Positions 27,714-35,897 of a stretch of DNA of 64,000 nucleotides are shown here, in pieces (the stretch's first letter is position 1; every line of letters starts with the position of its first letter). The position numbers were made by a program, and so were the translations under genes. The DNA is taken from NCBI GenBank assembly GCA_034436015.1, contig DAOTWG010000004.1:2566-66565 (forward strand), read 5' to 3'. Origin of the DNA: Anaerolineales bacterium. GTDB taxonomy: Bacteria; Chloroflexota; Anaerolineae; Anaerolineales; Villigracilaceae. The notes under the pieces were generated by a model, which worked only from the letters and a program-made list of their open reading frames with translations, was not told where the DNA came from and ran no database searches.

Positions 27714-28199
27714 ATGGAACTCAAGACAATCAAGATTGAAAAACCGGAAACCATCAACTTCATCCTGGGTCAAACTCATTTTATCAAAACGGTCGAGGAT
27801 GTCCACGAGGCGTTGGTTAACGCCGCGCCAGGAATAAAATTTGGGCTTGCTTTCTGCGAGGCATCGGGGAAATGCCTTGTGCGCTGGAGTGGAACGGACG
27901 CCGCAATGATTGAACTGGCAAAGAAAAACGCTTTGGCGATTAGCGCCGGGCATACCTTCCTCGTCTTTCTCGGAGAAGGCTTTTACCCCATCAACGTGTT
28001 GAACGCCATTAAAGCCGTGCCGGAGGTCTGTCGCATTTTTTGCGCGACTGCCAATCCTACGGAGGTCATCGTGGCCGAGAGCGAACAGGGACGCGGTATC
28101 CTCGGCGTTATTGACGGCGCGTCGCCGCGGGGCGTGGAGGACGAAGAAGGTATCGCCTGGCGCAAAGAGTTTCTGCGGAAGATTGGATATAAGTTGTGA
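27714..28199 (+). CDS. adenosine-specific-kinase-family protein (PF04008-like)
   Basis: 161 aa. INFILGQTHFIKTVEDVHEALV..PGIKFGLAFCEASG..PINVLNAIKAVPEV..ATANP matches my recollection of this mostly archaeal family. RBS GAGGAGG. Confidence 0.65.
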   Translation: MELKTIKIEKPETINFILGQTHFIKTVEDVHEALVNAAPGIKFGLAFCEASGKCLVRWSGTDAAMIELAKKNALAISAGHTFLVFLGEGFYPINVLNAIKAVPEVCRIFCATANPTEVIVAESEQGRGILGVIDGASPRGVEDEEGIAWRKEFLRKIGYKL

Positions 28200-28232
28200 G
28201 AAAGAACCCTCATCCGCGACGCGGCGCGGATC

Positions 28233-28514
28233 GTGCCACGCGCCTTCCCCGGTATTCCACCGGCAGAGGCAGAGGAATCCATCGCCGACGGCGAAGTCAA
28301 GCTCTACCCGGCCGGCGCGATTCGCTGCCATGAGGGTGAATTTTACATCGTTTTGCAGGAGGAGGTTGAAGTCACCAAGGTCATCAATAACCGTGAAGTG
28401 CGCTTCTTCCCTTGTTCCTTCTGGGACGTTTCCTGCTCCGATACAAGACAAAACGTATGGAGAGCGCGCAAGCAGAACGTGTCGCGGGTGAATGCCCGCG
28501 ACATGCTTTTTTAA
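28233..28514 (+). CDS. short ORF resembling the N-terminal half of a cyclic-nucleotide-binding domain (possible remnant)
   Basis: GTG start. GEVKLYPAGAIRCHEGEFYIVLQEEVEVTKVINNREV resembles the first beta-strands of a cNMP-binding domain. The FGE/RxA phosphate-binding cassette is absent. Confidence 0.3.
   Translation: MPRAFPGIPPAEAEESIADGEVKLYPAGAIRCHEGEFYIVLQEEVEVTKVINNREVRFFPCSFWDVSCSDTRQNVWRARKQNVSRVNARDMLF
28481..28512 (+). terminator. intrinsic terminator
   Basis: GTCGCGGG / CCCGCGAC 8-bp stem, loop TGAATG, followed by ATGCTTTTTT. Confidence 0.6.
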
Positions 28515-29236
28515 AAGGGCGGATAGGGAAAGACACGACGATCTTTTGGAGGATGGGGAAATACGGGGTTTGCCAGAAGCGCCTGAGCGCGCTCCCGGAG
28601 AGCGGCTATTTCGCGGTGGGATAGGTAGGGTTGGAAGATGGTAAACACATCGCAGTCGGTGGACAGCAGGGGACGCACCGCCCGGAGCAGATTCTCTGCA
28701 ATGGGTTCTCCAGCAAAATCCCAGAAGACCGTGCGCAGTTTTTCTTCTTCGTGGAAGCACAGTCCGTGATCAATGGCATACAGGCGACGAGTTCGTTTCT
28801 CGATCAAGACGTGACTCCCTTTGCGGTCCGCATTATTGGCGAGGATATCGAACAAAACGACAGGCCGTAGGCGTTGACGATCCTCTTCCGTGAAGGCAAA
28901 GTAATGATACTCTGGTCGGTGAGGAATAAACTGTTGCACAACGCCCGGACCAAACGGCCCCTCGCGCAGAACAGTGCAAGGCACCAGATGCAGGCCAAGC
29001 AATTCGCTGAGTAAGTAAGCAGCGACCTCGCGTCGGCCCAGGGAACCGGGAGGAAAATCCCAAAGTGGACGTTCACCGGCCTGGGGCTTGTACACAGCCA
29101 GAATCGCGCGCCCCTGATAATGCACCTGGACGAGGAATGTGTAATTCGAACCCAGCAAAAACCGACCCTGCAGGGTGATGGCGCCGTTTTCCAGCGCTTC
29201 CGAGAGTGTAACCGGTGAGATCGAACATGGAGTCAT
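28511..29236 (-). CDS. SCO1664-family / PI3-PI4-kinase-like protein
   Basis: Start trimmed to ATG 29236 (MTPCSISPVTL...). YKPQAGERPLWDFP, ANNADRKGSHVL and YAIDHGLCF resemble the catalytic loop and DxG of the atypical kinase family TIGR03843. Confidence 0.7.
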   Translation of the reverse strand: MTPCSISPVTLSEALENGAITLQGRFLLGSNYTFLVQVHYQGRAILAVYKPQAGERPLWDFPPGSLGRREVAAYLLSELLGLHLVPCTVLREGPFGPGVVQQFIPHRPEYHYFAFTEEDRQRLRPVVLFDILANNADRKGSHVLIEKRTRRLYAIDHGLCFHEEEKLRTVFWDFAGEPIAENLLRAVRPLLSTDCDVFTIFQPYLSHREIAALRERAQALLANPVFPHPPKDRRVFPYPPF

Positions 29237-29327
29237 AGGGAATGCGACGCAACTACACGGTTGCGCGACCGACGAATTTATCCTACACTTACAGTATACG
29301 CAGTGTACCATATCTGCGAGGCAGAGT

Positions 29328-30095
29328 ATGGCAACAGAACAAGCAATTTTCTTCGGCGTGGATACCAGTGGAACAGGGAAACCCTTTACCTGTGCTGGGC
29401 TTGCAGAGAATGGGCGTTTGATGCTCCTGCAGAGCTGTGAGGAGGACGAACTGTTCTCTCTGGTACAGACGGCGCCTCGCGTTTGGATCGCCATCAATGC
29501 TCCGCCGCGTCCCAACCGTGGCCTGGTCAGAGAACGTCTCGAGGGGAACGCGCCGCGCGCGGGTCAATTGCGCGGCGCGGACATGCGCCTGGCCGAATAC
29601 GAACTCCGCAAACACGGCATCCATATCTCGGCCACGCCTCACTATCTGACATCGTGTCCGCCCTGGATGCAGGCAGCTTTCTCGCTCTACCGAAAACTCA
29701 ACGAAGCCGGTTTTCAATTCTACCCGGCTTCCTTGCATGCCGGTCATCAGATTCTAGAAACCCATCCTCATGCTGTGTTCTGCTCGCTACTAGGGAAACA
29801 ACCTCTGCCCAAACCTAGCCTGGAAGGCCGCCTGCAACGCCAATTGATTCTGTACGAACAAGGCTTGCTGATTCGCGATCCGATGAATTTCTTTGAAGAA
29901 ATCACGCGTCACCGCCTTCTTCAGGGAATTCTGCCGTTGGAGTACATTTACCAACCCGAGGAATTGGACGCGCTGGCAGCGGCCTGCGTTGCTTTTCTGG
30001 CATCTACACGTCCCGAGGAAGTCACCGTCGTCGGTGATCGAGAAGAGGGACAAATTGTGCTTCCTGTCAAGGCATTGAAAGAAGTGTACTTGTAG
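29328..30095 (+). CDS. DUF429-like (RNase H-fold) protein
   Basis: ATG 29328 (ORF-track start 29175). FFGVDTSG.., IAINAPP.., ETHPHAVF.., EELDALAAACVA.. fit the DUF429 pattern as I recall it. Confidence 0.6.
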   Translation: MATEQAIFFGVDTSGTGKPFTCAGLAENGRLMLLQSCEEDELFSLVQTAPRVWIAINAPPRPNRGLVRERLEGNAPRAGQLRGADMRLAEYELRKHGIHISATPHYLTSCPPWMQAAFSLYRKLNEAGFQFYPASLHAGHQILETHPHAVFCSLLGKQPLPKPSLEGRLQRQLILYEQGLLIRDPMNFFEEITRHRLLQGILPLEYIYQPEELDALAAACVAFLASTRPEEVTVVGDREEGQIVLPVKALKEVYL

Positions 30096-30408
30096 CAGAC
30101 CATGTTTCCTAACCCTTTCGGCAACTATTCAGCCAGTTGTCATCCTATACGATTTACCTATGAATCTACCCGACTACAACATTGGTCCCGTCCTCGATAT
30201 TTTTCCCGCCAGAATCCCGGGTAGGATAACGAATTTTGTGTAAAAAGAAGGTGGGAGCCGGTACCTTGCAGGCGCCATACCAAACATAGAGAAAACCATG
30301 GCTCCCCGAACACACCCTAAGACCTTTGACACAACCATCCAGTCACATTCGGCGGCAGACGCCCGTTTTGGCGATTGGTGGGCTTGACCCGGAAGGCAAA
30401 CAGGAAGT

Positions 30409-30681
30409 CTAAGCCTTCTGTGTGGGCGAACGAGAGAACCAGGATGCCTGAGAAGACTTGCTCGAAGACCCGAAAAGGCGCGGTGTGGTACCTATTGGCC
30501 TGCGAGTCACCGAGGGGAACAGGGCCCTGTGGAACGCCATGGTCTTTCCCGACTTGCCCGATTCTCCATCAACAACCAACAATCCATAGGCTTCCTCGGC
30601 GACGTCCTCGGCCCGGCGCGCCATCTGACCGATAAAAGCGGTGAAGTTATGCTCTAGCACCTGCAAGTAGAGCACCCTCAA
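30409..30681 (-). pseudogene. remnant of a large AAA_16/STAND-type ATPase gene
   Basis: FIGQMARRAEDVAEEAYGLLVVDGESGKSGKT resembles the F(I/V)GR..EL....G.LVLV.GE.GIGKS N-terminal signature. The frame then breaks. A +2 frame continues with PFRVFEQVF..LVLSFAHTEGLDFLFAF, a degenerate LVLDDLHWAD-like segment. Confidence 0.35.
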
Positions 30682-30756
30682 AAAGCACCTTGCCCTTAAA
30701 ATTGTGGTAAACTATTCACAAGCAGTTTCCGAAAAGTTCACGTAGGCAGGCGATCC

Positions 30757-31149
30757 ATGGATAAGGATAAAATGAACATCCTTTGCATCGAAGATGAGGC
30801 GGAAATGATTGACCTCATCCGCCTCATTCTAGGACGACGCGGTTACGAGGTGCGCGGCGCCAACGGCGGACGCCAGGGGCTGGAACTCATGCGTCAGGAA
30901 CGTCCCGACCTCGTCTTGCTCGACCTAATGATGGCCGACATGGACGGCTGGGAGGTGTATCAGCGCATGAAGAACGATGCCGCCTTGAACGATATCCCGG
31001 TCATTGTGGTCACCGCCAAAGCGCAAAGCATTGACCGCGTTCTGGGCCTGCATATCGCCAAAGTAGATGATTACATCACCAAACCCTTCAGCCCTCAGGA
31101 ACTGCTCGCCGCCGTAGAAAAGGTGCTGAAGAAAAGCAGAAAGCGGTGA
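30757..31149 (+). CDS. stand-alone response-regulator receiver protein (CheY-like)
   Basis: 130 aa. ILCIEDE, DLVLLDLMMADMDG (phospho-acceptor Asp) and ITKPF. Confidence 0.9.
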   Translation: MDKDKMNILCIEDEAEMIDLIRLILGRRGYEVRGANGGRQGLELMRQERPDLVLLDLMMADMDGWEVYQRMKNDAALNDIPVIVVTAKAQSIDRVLGLHIAKVDDYITKPFSPQELLAAVEKVLKKSRKR

Positions 31150-31197
31150 ACCGCTTGTTGTAGTCCAGCAGCGGAACGGGGCGCCATACGCCCCGTT

Positions 31198-31596
31198 TTG
31201 TGGTATGTCTCTTTTGCCCCTTCTATGAGACACCATTGCCTCATTGAAAACCAATCCCGGCCCCTGCTTACCCCCTTACGCGTCTTGTATTGCTCCAGCC
31301 TGCTTTGCCGCTTGCGGGGATTGATGTTCCGCCAGCGCGTGAATCCCGAAGAAGGAATCCTGCTCGTCAGCGGACATGACTCGTTCCTCGATTCGACAAT
31401 CCACATGCTCTTTTGTTTTACCGACCTCGCCGTAATCTGGATTAACGCAGCGCGTCGGGTAGTAGATGTGCGCCTGGCAAAAAAATGGGCGCCTGCGTAT
31501 ATGCCGCGCCGTCCTGCCCGCTACGTGCTCGAAGCGCATCCAAGCCGCCTTCCGGAATTTTGCATCGGCGACCAGATAGACTTTCATGACGCGTAA
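31198..31596 (+). CDS. DUF192 domain protein
   Basis: LRGLMFRQ..EEGILLV..IHMLFCFTDLAVIWIN..RVVDV..ARYVLE is the DUF192 pattern. The start may be ATG 31225. Confidence 0.75.
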   Translation: MWYVSFAPSMRHHCLIENQSRPLLTPLRVLYCSSLLCRLRGLMFRQRVNPEEGILLVSGHDSFLDSTIHMLFCFTDLAVIWINAARRVVDVRLAKKWAPAYMPRRPARYVLEAHPSRLPEFCIGDQIDFHDA

Positions 31597-33004
31597 AACG
31601 TTAACCCTGGTCACCTTCCTTCTCTGCTGGCTAGCATCGGCCTACCCGATTCGCGCCCAAACCCCCACCCCTCTACCCGGTCCGATTTACATTGTACAGG
31701 CCGGCGAAACCCTCTGGGAAATCGCCCTCCGTTTCCGGGTGAATCTAGAGGAACTCAAGCGGGTCAACCACATTGACAACGCCGATTGGATCGCGGAAGG
31801 ACAAGAGCTGATCATCCCCGGCCTGGAAGATTTGCAAGGATATCTCCTGACCAAGGTCGTACCGCTGGGAGAAACTTTGCGCAGCCTGAGCCGCGCCAGC
31901 GGAACGCCGGAGGGCATCCTGCGACGCCTGAATCACCTCATTAGTCCAACCGAAGTGTATGCCGGCAGCCGCCTTGTCCTGCTTCAGGCCGGAAAGGAAC
32001 CAACCTGGAAAGCACGCACCGCGCTCGCTTCCGGCGAGACATTGCTCGAACTGGCTGTGCGGCAGAATACCAGTCCATGGACGTTGATGCGCATCAACCA
32101 GATTCCGGCCAGTTGGGCTGCTTTACCTGGCGATATCCTCTACCTTCCGGGCGACGAGGCGACCGCTACGCCAGCCGGTTTGCCTCCTATCTTTACCTAC
32201 ATCGCGCTTTCTCCCCTCCCGCTCGTACAGGGCGCGACAGCACAGGTCACCGTGCACCTCAACGCCCCTATCACGACCCTGAATGGCTTGCTGGTTGATC
32301 AACCATTGCGTTTCTTTCCATTGAAAGAAAAGGAATGGGTCGCTTTGCAAGGAATCCATGCCCTGCTTCCCGGCGGCATCTACCCTCTGCGCGTGGAAGC
32401 GACTCTGCCCGGCGGAGATCGTCAGGCCTTCGAGCAATTGGTATTGATCGAGAAAGGGGGCTTTCCCTACGAAACACTAGTCGTGGATCGCGCATACATT
32501 GATCCGGACGTAACTGCCTCAGAAGAGACCCAAATCCGCGCGCTGGTCCATGAAGCCACTTCCGACCGTCTCTGGAACGGTGTTTTCCTGCCCCCCGGTT
32601 ACTTTCCGGATTGCTACACCTCGCGCTTTGGCAATCGGCGCACCTATATCGCCAGCGATCGATCCCTAACTCTGGAAGGTTTCCACACCGGCCTGGATTT
32701 CTGTGGCGGCAGCGGATTACCTATCGCCGCGCCGGCAGCAGGCGTCGTGGTCTTCGCCGGTCCCCTGGAAGTGCGCGGCAATGCAACCATCATCAATCAT
32801 GGCTGGGGTGTCTATAGCGGCTTCTGGCATCAGTCCGAGATTCTGGTACAGGTCGGGCAGCGCGTGCAGGCAGGCGAGATTATCGGCAAGGTCGGAGGGA
32901 CCGGTCGTGTCACCGGCGCCCACCTACACTGGGAAATCTGGGTGAACGGCGTCCAAGTAAACCCCCTCGCCTGGCTGAATGAGGAGTTTCCTCGTCGCGA
33001 ATAG
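31586..33004 (+). CDS. LysM-domain M23-family peptidoglycan metalloendopeptidase
   Basis: Signal peptide. Two LysM-like repeats (YIVQAGETLWEIALRF.., GETLLELAVRQ..). M23 motifs GFHTGLDF and GAHLHWEIWVNG. Confidence 0.9.
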   Translation: MTRKTLTLVTFLLCWLASAYPIRAQTPTPLPGPIYIVQAGETLWEIALRFRVNLEELKRVNHIDNADWIAEGQELIIPGLEDLQGYLLTKVVPLGETLRSLSRASGTPEGILRRLNHLISPTEVYAGSRLVLLQAGKEPTWKARTALASGETLLELAVRQNTSPWTLMRINQIPASWAALPGDILYLPGDEATATPAGLPPIFTYIALSPLPLVQGATAQVTVHLNAPITTLNGLLVDQPLRFFPLKEKEWVALQGIHALLPGGIYPLRVEATLPGGDRQAFEQLVLIEKGGFPYETLVVDRAYIDPDVTASEETQIRALVHEATSDRLWNGVFLPPGYFPDCYTSRFGNRRTYIASDRSLTLEGFHTGLDFCGGSGLPIAAPAAGVVVFAGPLEVRGNATIINHGWGVYSGFWHQSEILVQVGQRVQAGEIIGKVGGTGRVTGAHLHWEIWVNGVQVNPLAWLNEEFPRRE

Positions 33005-33007
33005 TTT

Positions 33008-33652
33008 TTGGTTATGGTGGCTATACGCAAAATCGCTCCCGGCCAGGGTATCACAATGGCAGACTCATCGCAACCTCCTGTACGCACTGCGATCCACGGA
33101 AAACCTCAACCACACCACGTGGAACTCGTCCCCCTTTTCCTCCTCCTTTGCCTTCTTTTGAGTACCTGCCGTGCGCCGGCCGCCTGCAGGAACGAAGCCG
33201 GTTGCATTGTGATCCCGCCAGATGCGCCGGTCATCCTTGGCGTGCTGCACACCTGGTTAGGCGAACACGCCTCCGCCGGCGAACAAATGCTGTTCGGGAT
33301 CAGAAGAGCCGTCAAGGAACAGGAACACCTGTTTGGGCATGAGATCGTCCTGCGCCGTGCCGGAAGCGAGTGTACCCAGGAAAGCGCTCGCCTGGCAGCG
33401 ACCGCTCTGTTGACCAATCCCAATGTCTTCCTTATCCTTGGCCCGACCTGTGCCGAGGAGCTCGAGGCCATAACCCCCCTGCTGGCAGACGCCGGTGTCT
33501 TCCTGGTCACCCCTCCGCCCGGCGAGGAAGCGGCCTATCGCCTCACCATGCAGATTCTGGATATGCTCCAGCACGCAGCCATACCAACTCGCGACGGCAC
33601 ACTTTACCTGCCACGCCGGGATTTGCAACGCAGGTTGCACGCGCTGCCATGA
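33008..33652 (+). CDS. short periplasmic-binding-protein (type I, LivK-like) fragment-length protein
   Basis: 214 aa. PVILGVLHTWLGEHASAGEQMLFGIRRAV.. and ILGPTCAEE resemble only the N-terminal lobe of Leu/Ile/Val-type binding proteins. Confidence 0.5.
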   Translation: MVMVAIRKIAPGQGITMADSSQPPVRTAIHGKPQPHHVELVPLFLLLCLLLSTCRAPAACRNEAGCIVIPPDAPVILGVLHTWLGEHASAGEQMLFGIRRAVKEQEHLFGHEIVLRRAGSECTQESARLAATALLTNPNVFLILGPTCAEELEAITPLLADAGVFLVTPPPGEEAAYRLTMQILDMLQHAAIPTRDGTLYLPRRDLQRRLHALP

Positions 33653-33661
33653 GAGGCGACC

Positions 33662-34825
33662 ATGCCAACCGCTGAACTCATTATCATCGGAAGTGAATTC
33701 CTGTTGGGCGAGTCGCTCGACACGAATTCGCGTCTTCTGGCGCGCGCATTGCGCGATCTCGGTATTGTTTTGCTCCGTATCCAGACCGTAGGCGATGATG
33801 CCTCCGCGATCTGCCAGGCCGTGCGCTCGGCTTTGACGCGCGCGGATATTATCCTTACTACAGGTGGGCTTGGTCCAACCGTAGATGATCCCACCCGCCA
33901 GGCCATCGCCGAGGCGTTGGAAGCAGAGCTCGAATTCCGTCCTGAACTCTGGGAACAAGTTGTGGCTCGCGTCGCGCGTTATGGGCGCATCGCCTCGGAG
34001 AACCAACGCCGACAGGCGTACGCACCGCGTGGGGCCATTGCCATAGAAAATCCAGTCGGGACGGCCCCGGCTTTCCTTGTCGAACGCGGACGCCAGACGG
34101 TGATTTCGCTTCCAGGTGTACCGCGCGAGATGGAAACTTTGCTGGAAGAGCACGTCCTCCCCTACCTACGACGTCGTTACAGCGTTCACGCTGTGATCAA
34201 GGTCCGCACCCTGCATGTAGCAGGCTTGGGGGAGAGCGCCATAGATGAGCGTATTGGCGAATTCGAGCGAAGCGCGAACCCGACCGTAGGCCTGGCTGCA
34301 CATGCCGGTCTCATAGACGTTCGCCTGACTGCTGGCGCAGAGAACGAGACTCGCGCCGACGAGCTTCTCCATCGGTTGGAGAACGAAATCCGTCGCCGGC
34401 TTGGCGAGGCGATTTTCGGCGCAGAGGGGGAGACGTTGGAATCTGTCACCATGGCAGCGCTCAGCGAACGCGGCTGGACGTTGGCAGTCTGCGAGGCCGG
34501 CATGAACGGGATTTTTCTGCAACGTCTGGCACGCTTTCAGGGGAACACGTACCTGGGCGGTGAACAGAGAATCCCACGCGCCTCGCTGTCGCTGGCGGCC
34601 GCGACGAAGCGTGCTCAACACAGATACCGCGCGCAGGTTGCCTTGGGAATCCGGTTACAGCCACAAGGCGATACGCAGAGTGTGGAGATCGTTCTCCTCT
34701 CGCCGCTTGGCCCACGCGCATGGCGTCTTTCCTATGGCGGACACCCCGCCTACGCGCCGCAGTGGGCAACGAATATGGCGCTCGATCGCCTACGACGTCT
34801 TGCCATCGGCAAGGAGACATCATGA
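33662..34825 (+). CDS. cinA: CinA-family competence/damage-inducible protein
   Basis: The N-terminal MoCF-binding domain AELIIIGSEFLLGESLDTNS...ILTTGGLGPTVDDPTRQ is CinA-typical. Confidence 0.88.
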   Translation: MPTAELIIIGSEFLLGESLDTNSRLLARALRDLGIVLLRIQTVGDDASAICQAVRSALTRADIILTTGGLGPTVDDPTRQAIAEALEAELEFRPELWEQVVARVARYGRIASENQRRQAYAPRGAIAIENPVGTAPAFLVERGRQTVISLPGVPREMETLLEEHVLPYLRRRYSVHAVIKVRTLHVAGLGESAIDERIGEFERSANPTVGLAAHAGLIDVRLTAGAENETRADELLHRLENEIRRRLGEAIFGAEGETLESVTMAALSERGWTLAVCEAGMNGIFLQRLARFQGNTYLGGEQRIPRASLSLAAATKRAQHRYRAQVALGIRLQPQGDTQSVEIVLLSPLGPRAWRLSYGGHPAYAPQWATNMALDRLRRLAIGKETS

Positions 34826-35814
34826 AAAGCGGACGCCGCCTCGCCGTCCAACAGCAAGTGCTTCATGGATTGACCGTCGCGTTATGGGCCATCAATTTGA
34901 CAATCCTCCTTGGCGCCGCGGCAACCTACTTCTTGCTTCGGGCGCAATCCCCTCTTTTCCGGCCCTTACCCACCCTGATTCCCACGCCCCCCTTTGCCTC
35001 CTCCCCACACAGCCCGCTTGTGACGGCGCAGATTGACGAGACTATCTCGCTTGACCATGACTCTACGGAGGACAACGTTACCGAACCTCCCCCTATCTTT
35101 TCGACGCCCTCCTATGCCGAGGGGCCTTTCGTCATCGGTTCTTCGGCGGGAGGACGCCCCTTGCAAATGTGGCGGTTTGGCAACGGCCCGACGCAACGTC
35201 TGATCGTCGCCGGAATTCACGGCGGGAATGAGATCAACACCATTCAACTTGCCGATCAGTTGATCGAATACCTTTCCCTGCACCCGGAGATTGTCCCTGC
35301 TGACGTTACTTTGTATATCTTACGCAGCCTGAATCCAGATGGCGAGGCGCGCGGAAAAGGCCCGGCAGGACGCCCGAACGACAACGGCGTGGATTTGAAT
35401 CGCAACTGGCCTTACCGCTGGAAAGCAAACTGGGATCGCTATGGATGCTTCGTCGCCGTGCCGGTCAGCGGAGGTAGTCACCCGGCGTCGGAACCAGAAA
35501 CGGTCGCCCTGCTGACCTTTATCGAATCGCGTGCCATGGACGCGCTCATCAGTTACCATAGCGCGGCTCTCGGCATCTTCCCCGGCGGGGTGCCAACCTA
35601 TAAGCCTTCGGTTCGATTGGCGGAGGCAATCGCCGCCGTCACCACCTACCCTTACCCGCCCATAGACACCGGCTGCGACTACACCGGCAACCTCACCGAT
35701 TGGGCAGCCTCCAAAGGCATCGCTGCAGTGGATATTGAGCTTTCCAACCACACCTCTACCGATTTCGAGCAAAATCTGGTGGTCCTGAAGGTGTTTCTGA
35801 ACTGGAAACGGTAA
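34822..35814 (+). CDS. M14-family zinc carboxypeptidase (membrane-anchored)
   Basis: ATG 34822 overlaps the cinA stop (ATGA). N-terminal TM helix. GIHGGNE, DLNRNW and ISYHSAA zinc/catalytic contexts. Confidence 0.8.
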   Translation: MKSGRRLAVQQQVLHGLTVALWAINLTILLGAAATYFLLRAQSPLFRPLPTLIPTPPFASSPHSPLVTAQIDETISLDHDSTEDNVTEPPPIFSTPSYAEGPFVIGSSAGGRPLQMWRFGNGPTQRLIVAGIHGGNEINTIQLADQLIEYLSLHPEIVPADVTLYILRSLNPDGEARGKGPAGRPNDNGVDLNRNWPYRWKANWDRYGCFVAVPVSGGSHPASEPETVALLTFIESRAMDALISYHSAALGIFPGGVPTYKPSVRLAEAIAAVTTYPYPPIDTGCDYTGNLTDWAASKGIAAVDIELSNHTSTDFEQNLVVLKVFLNWKR

Positions 35815-35897
35815 AAGAAAAGCAGCAAACGCGAAGAGGGAGGGGGTATAATTAGGCGCACAGTTCTCCTCTGCAATGCTCGTAGAAAGGATTCCGT

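Noticed and set aside
27708-28760. 350-aa minus-strand ORF spanning the adenosine-kinase-like gene and the terminator
   Set aside because: It is antisense to a well-supported CDS and crosses an intrinsic terminator and a gene boundary. Its composition is Arg/Ser/Pro-rich.
30690-30712. TGTGG-N8-TCACA upstream of the response-regulator gene as a second CRP site
   Set aside because: The spacing is wrong (8 rather than 6) and the left half-site is imperfect.
33257-34153. 298-aa minus-strand ORF over the PBP-like gene and cinA
   Set aside because: It is antisense to cinA, which has clear family motifs. No motifs of its own.
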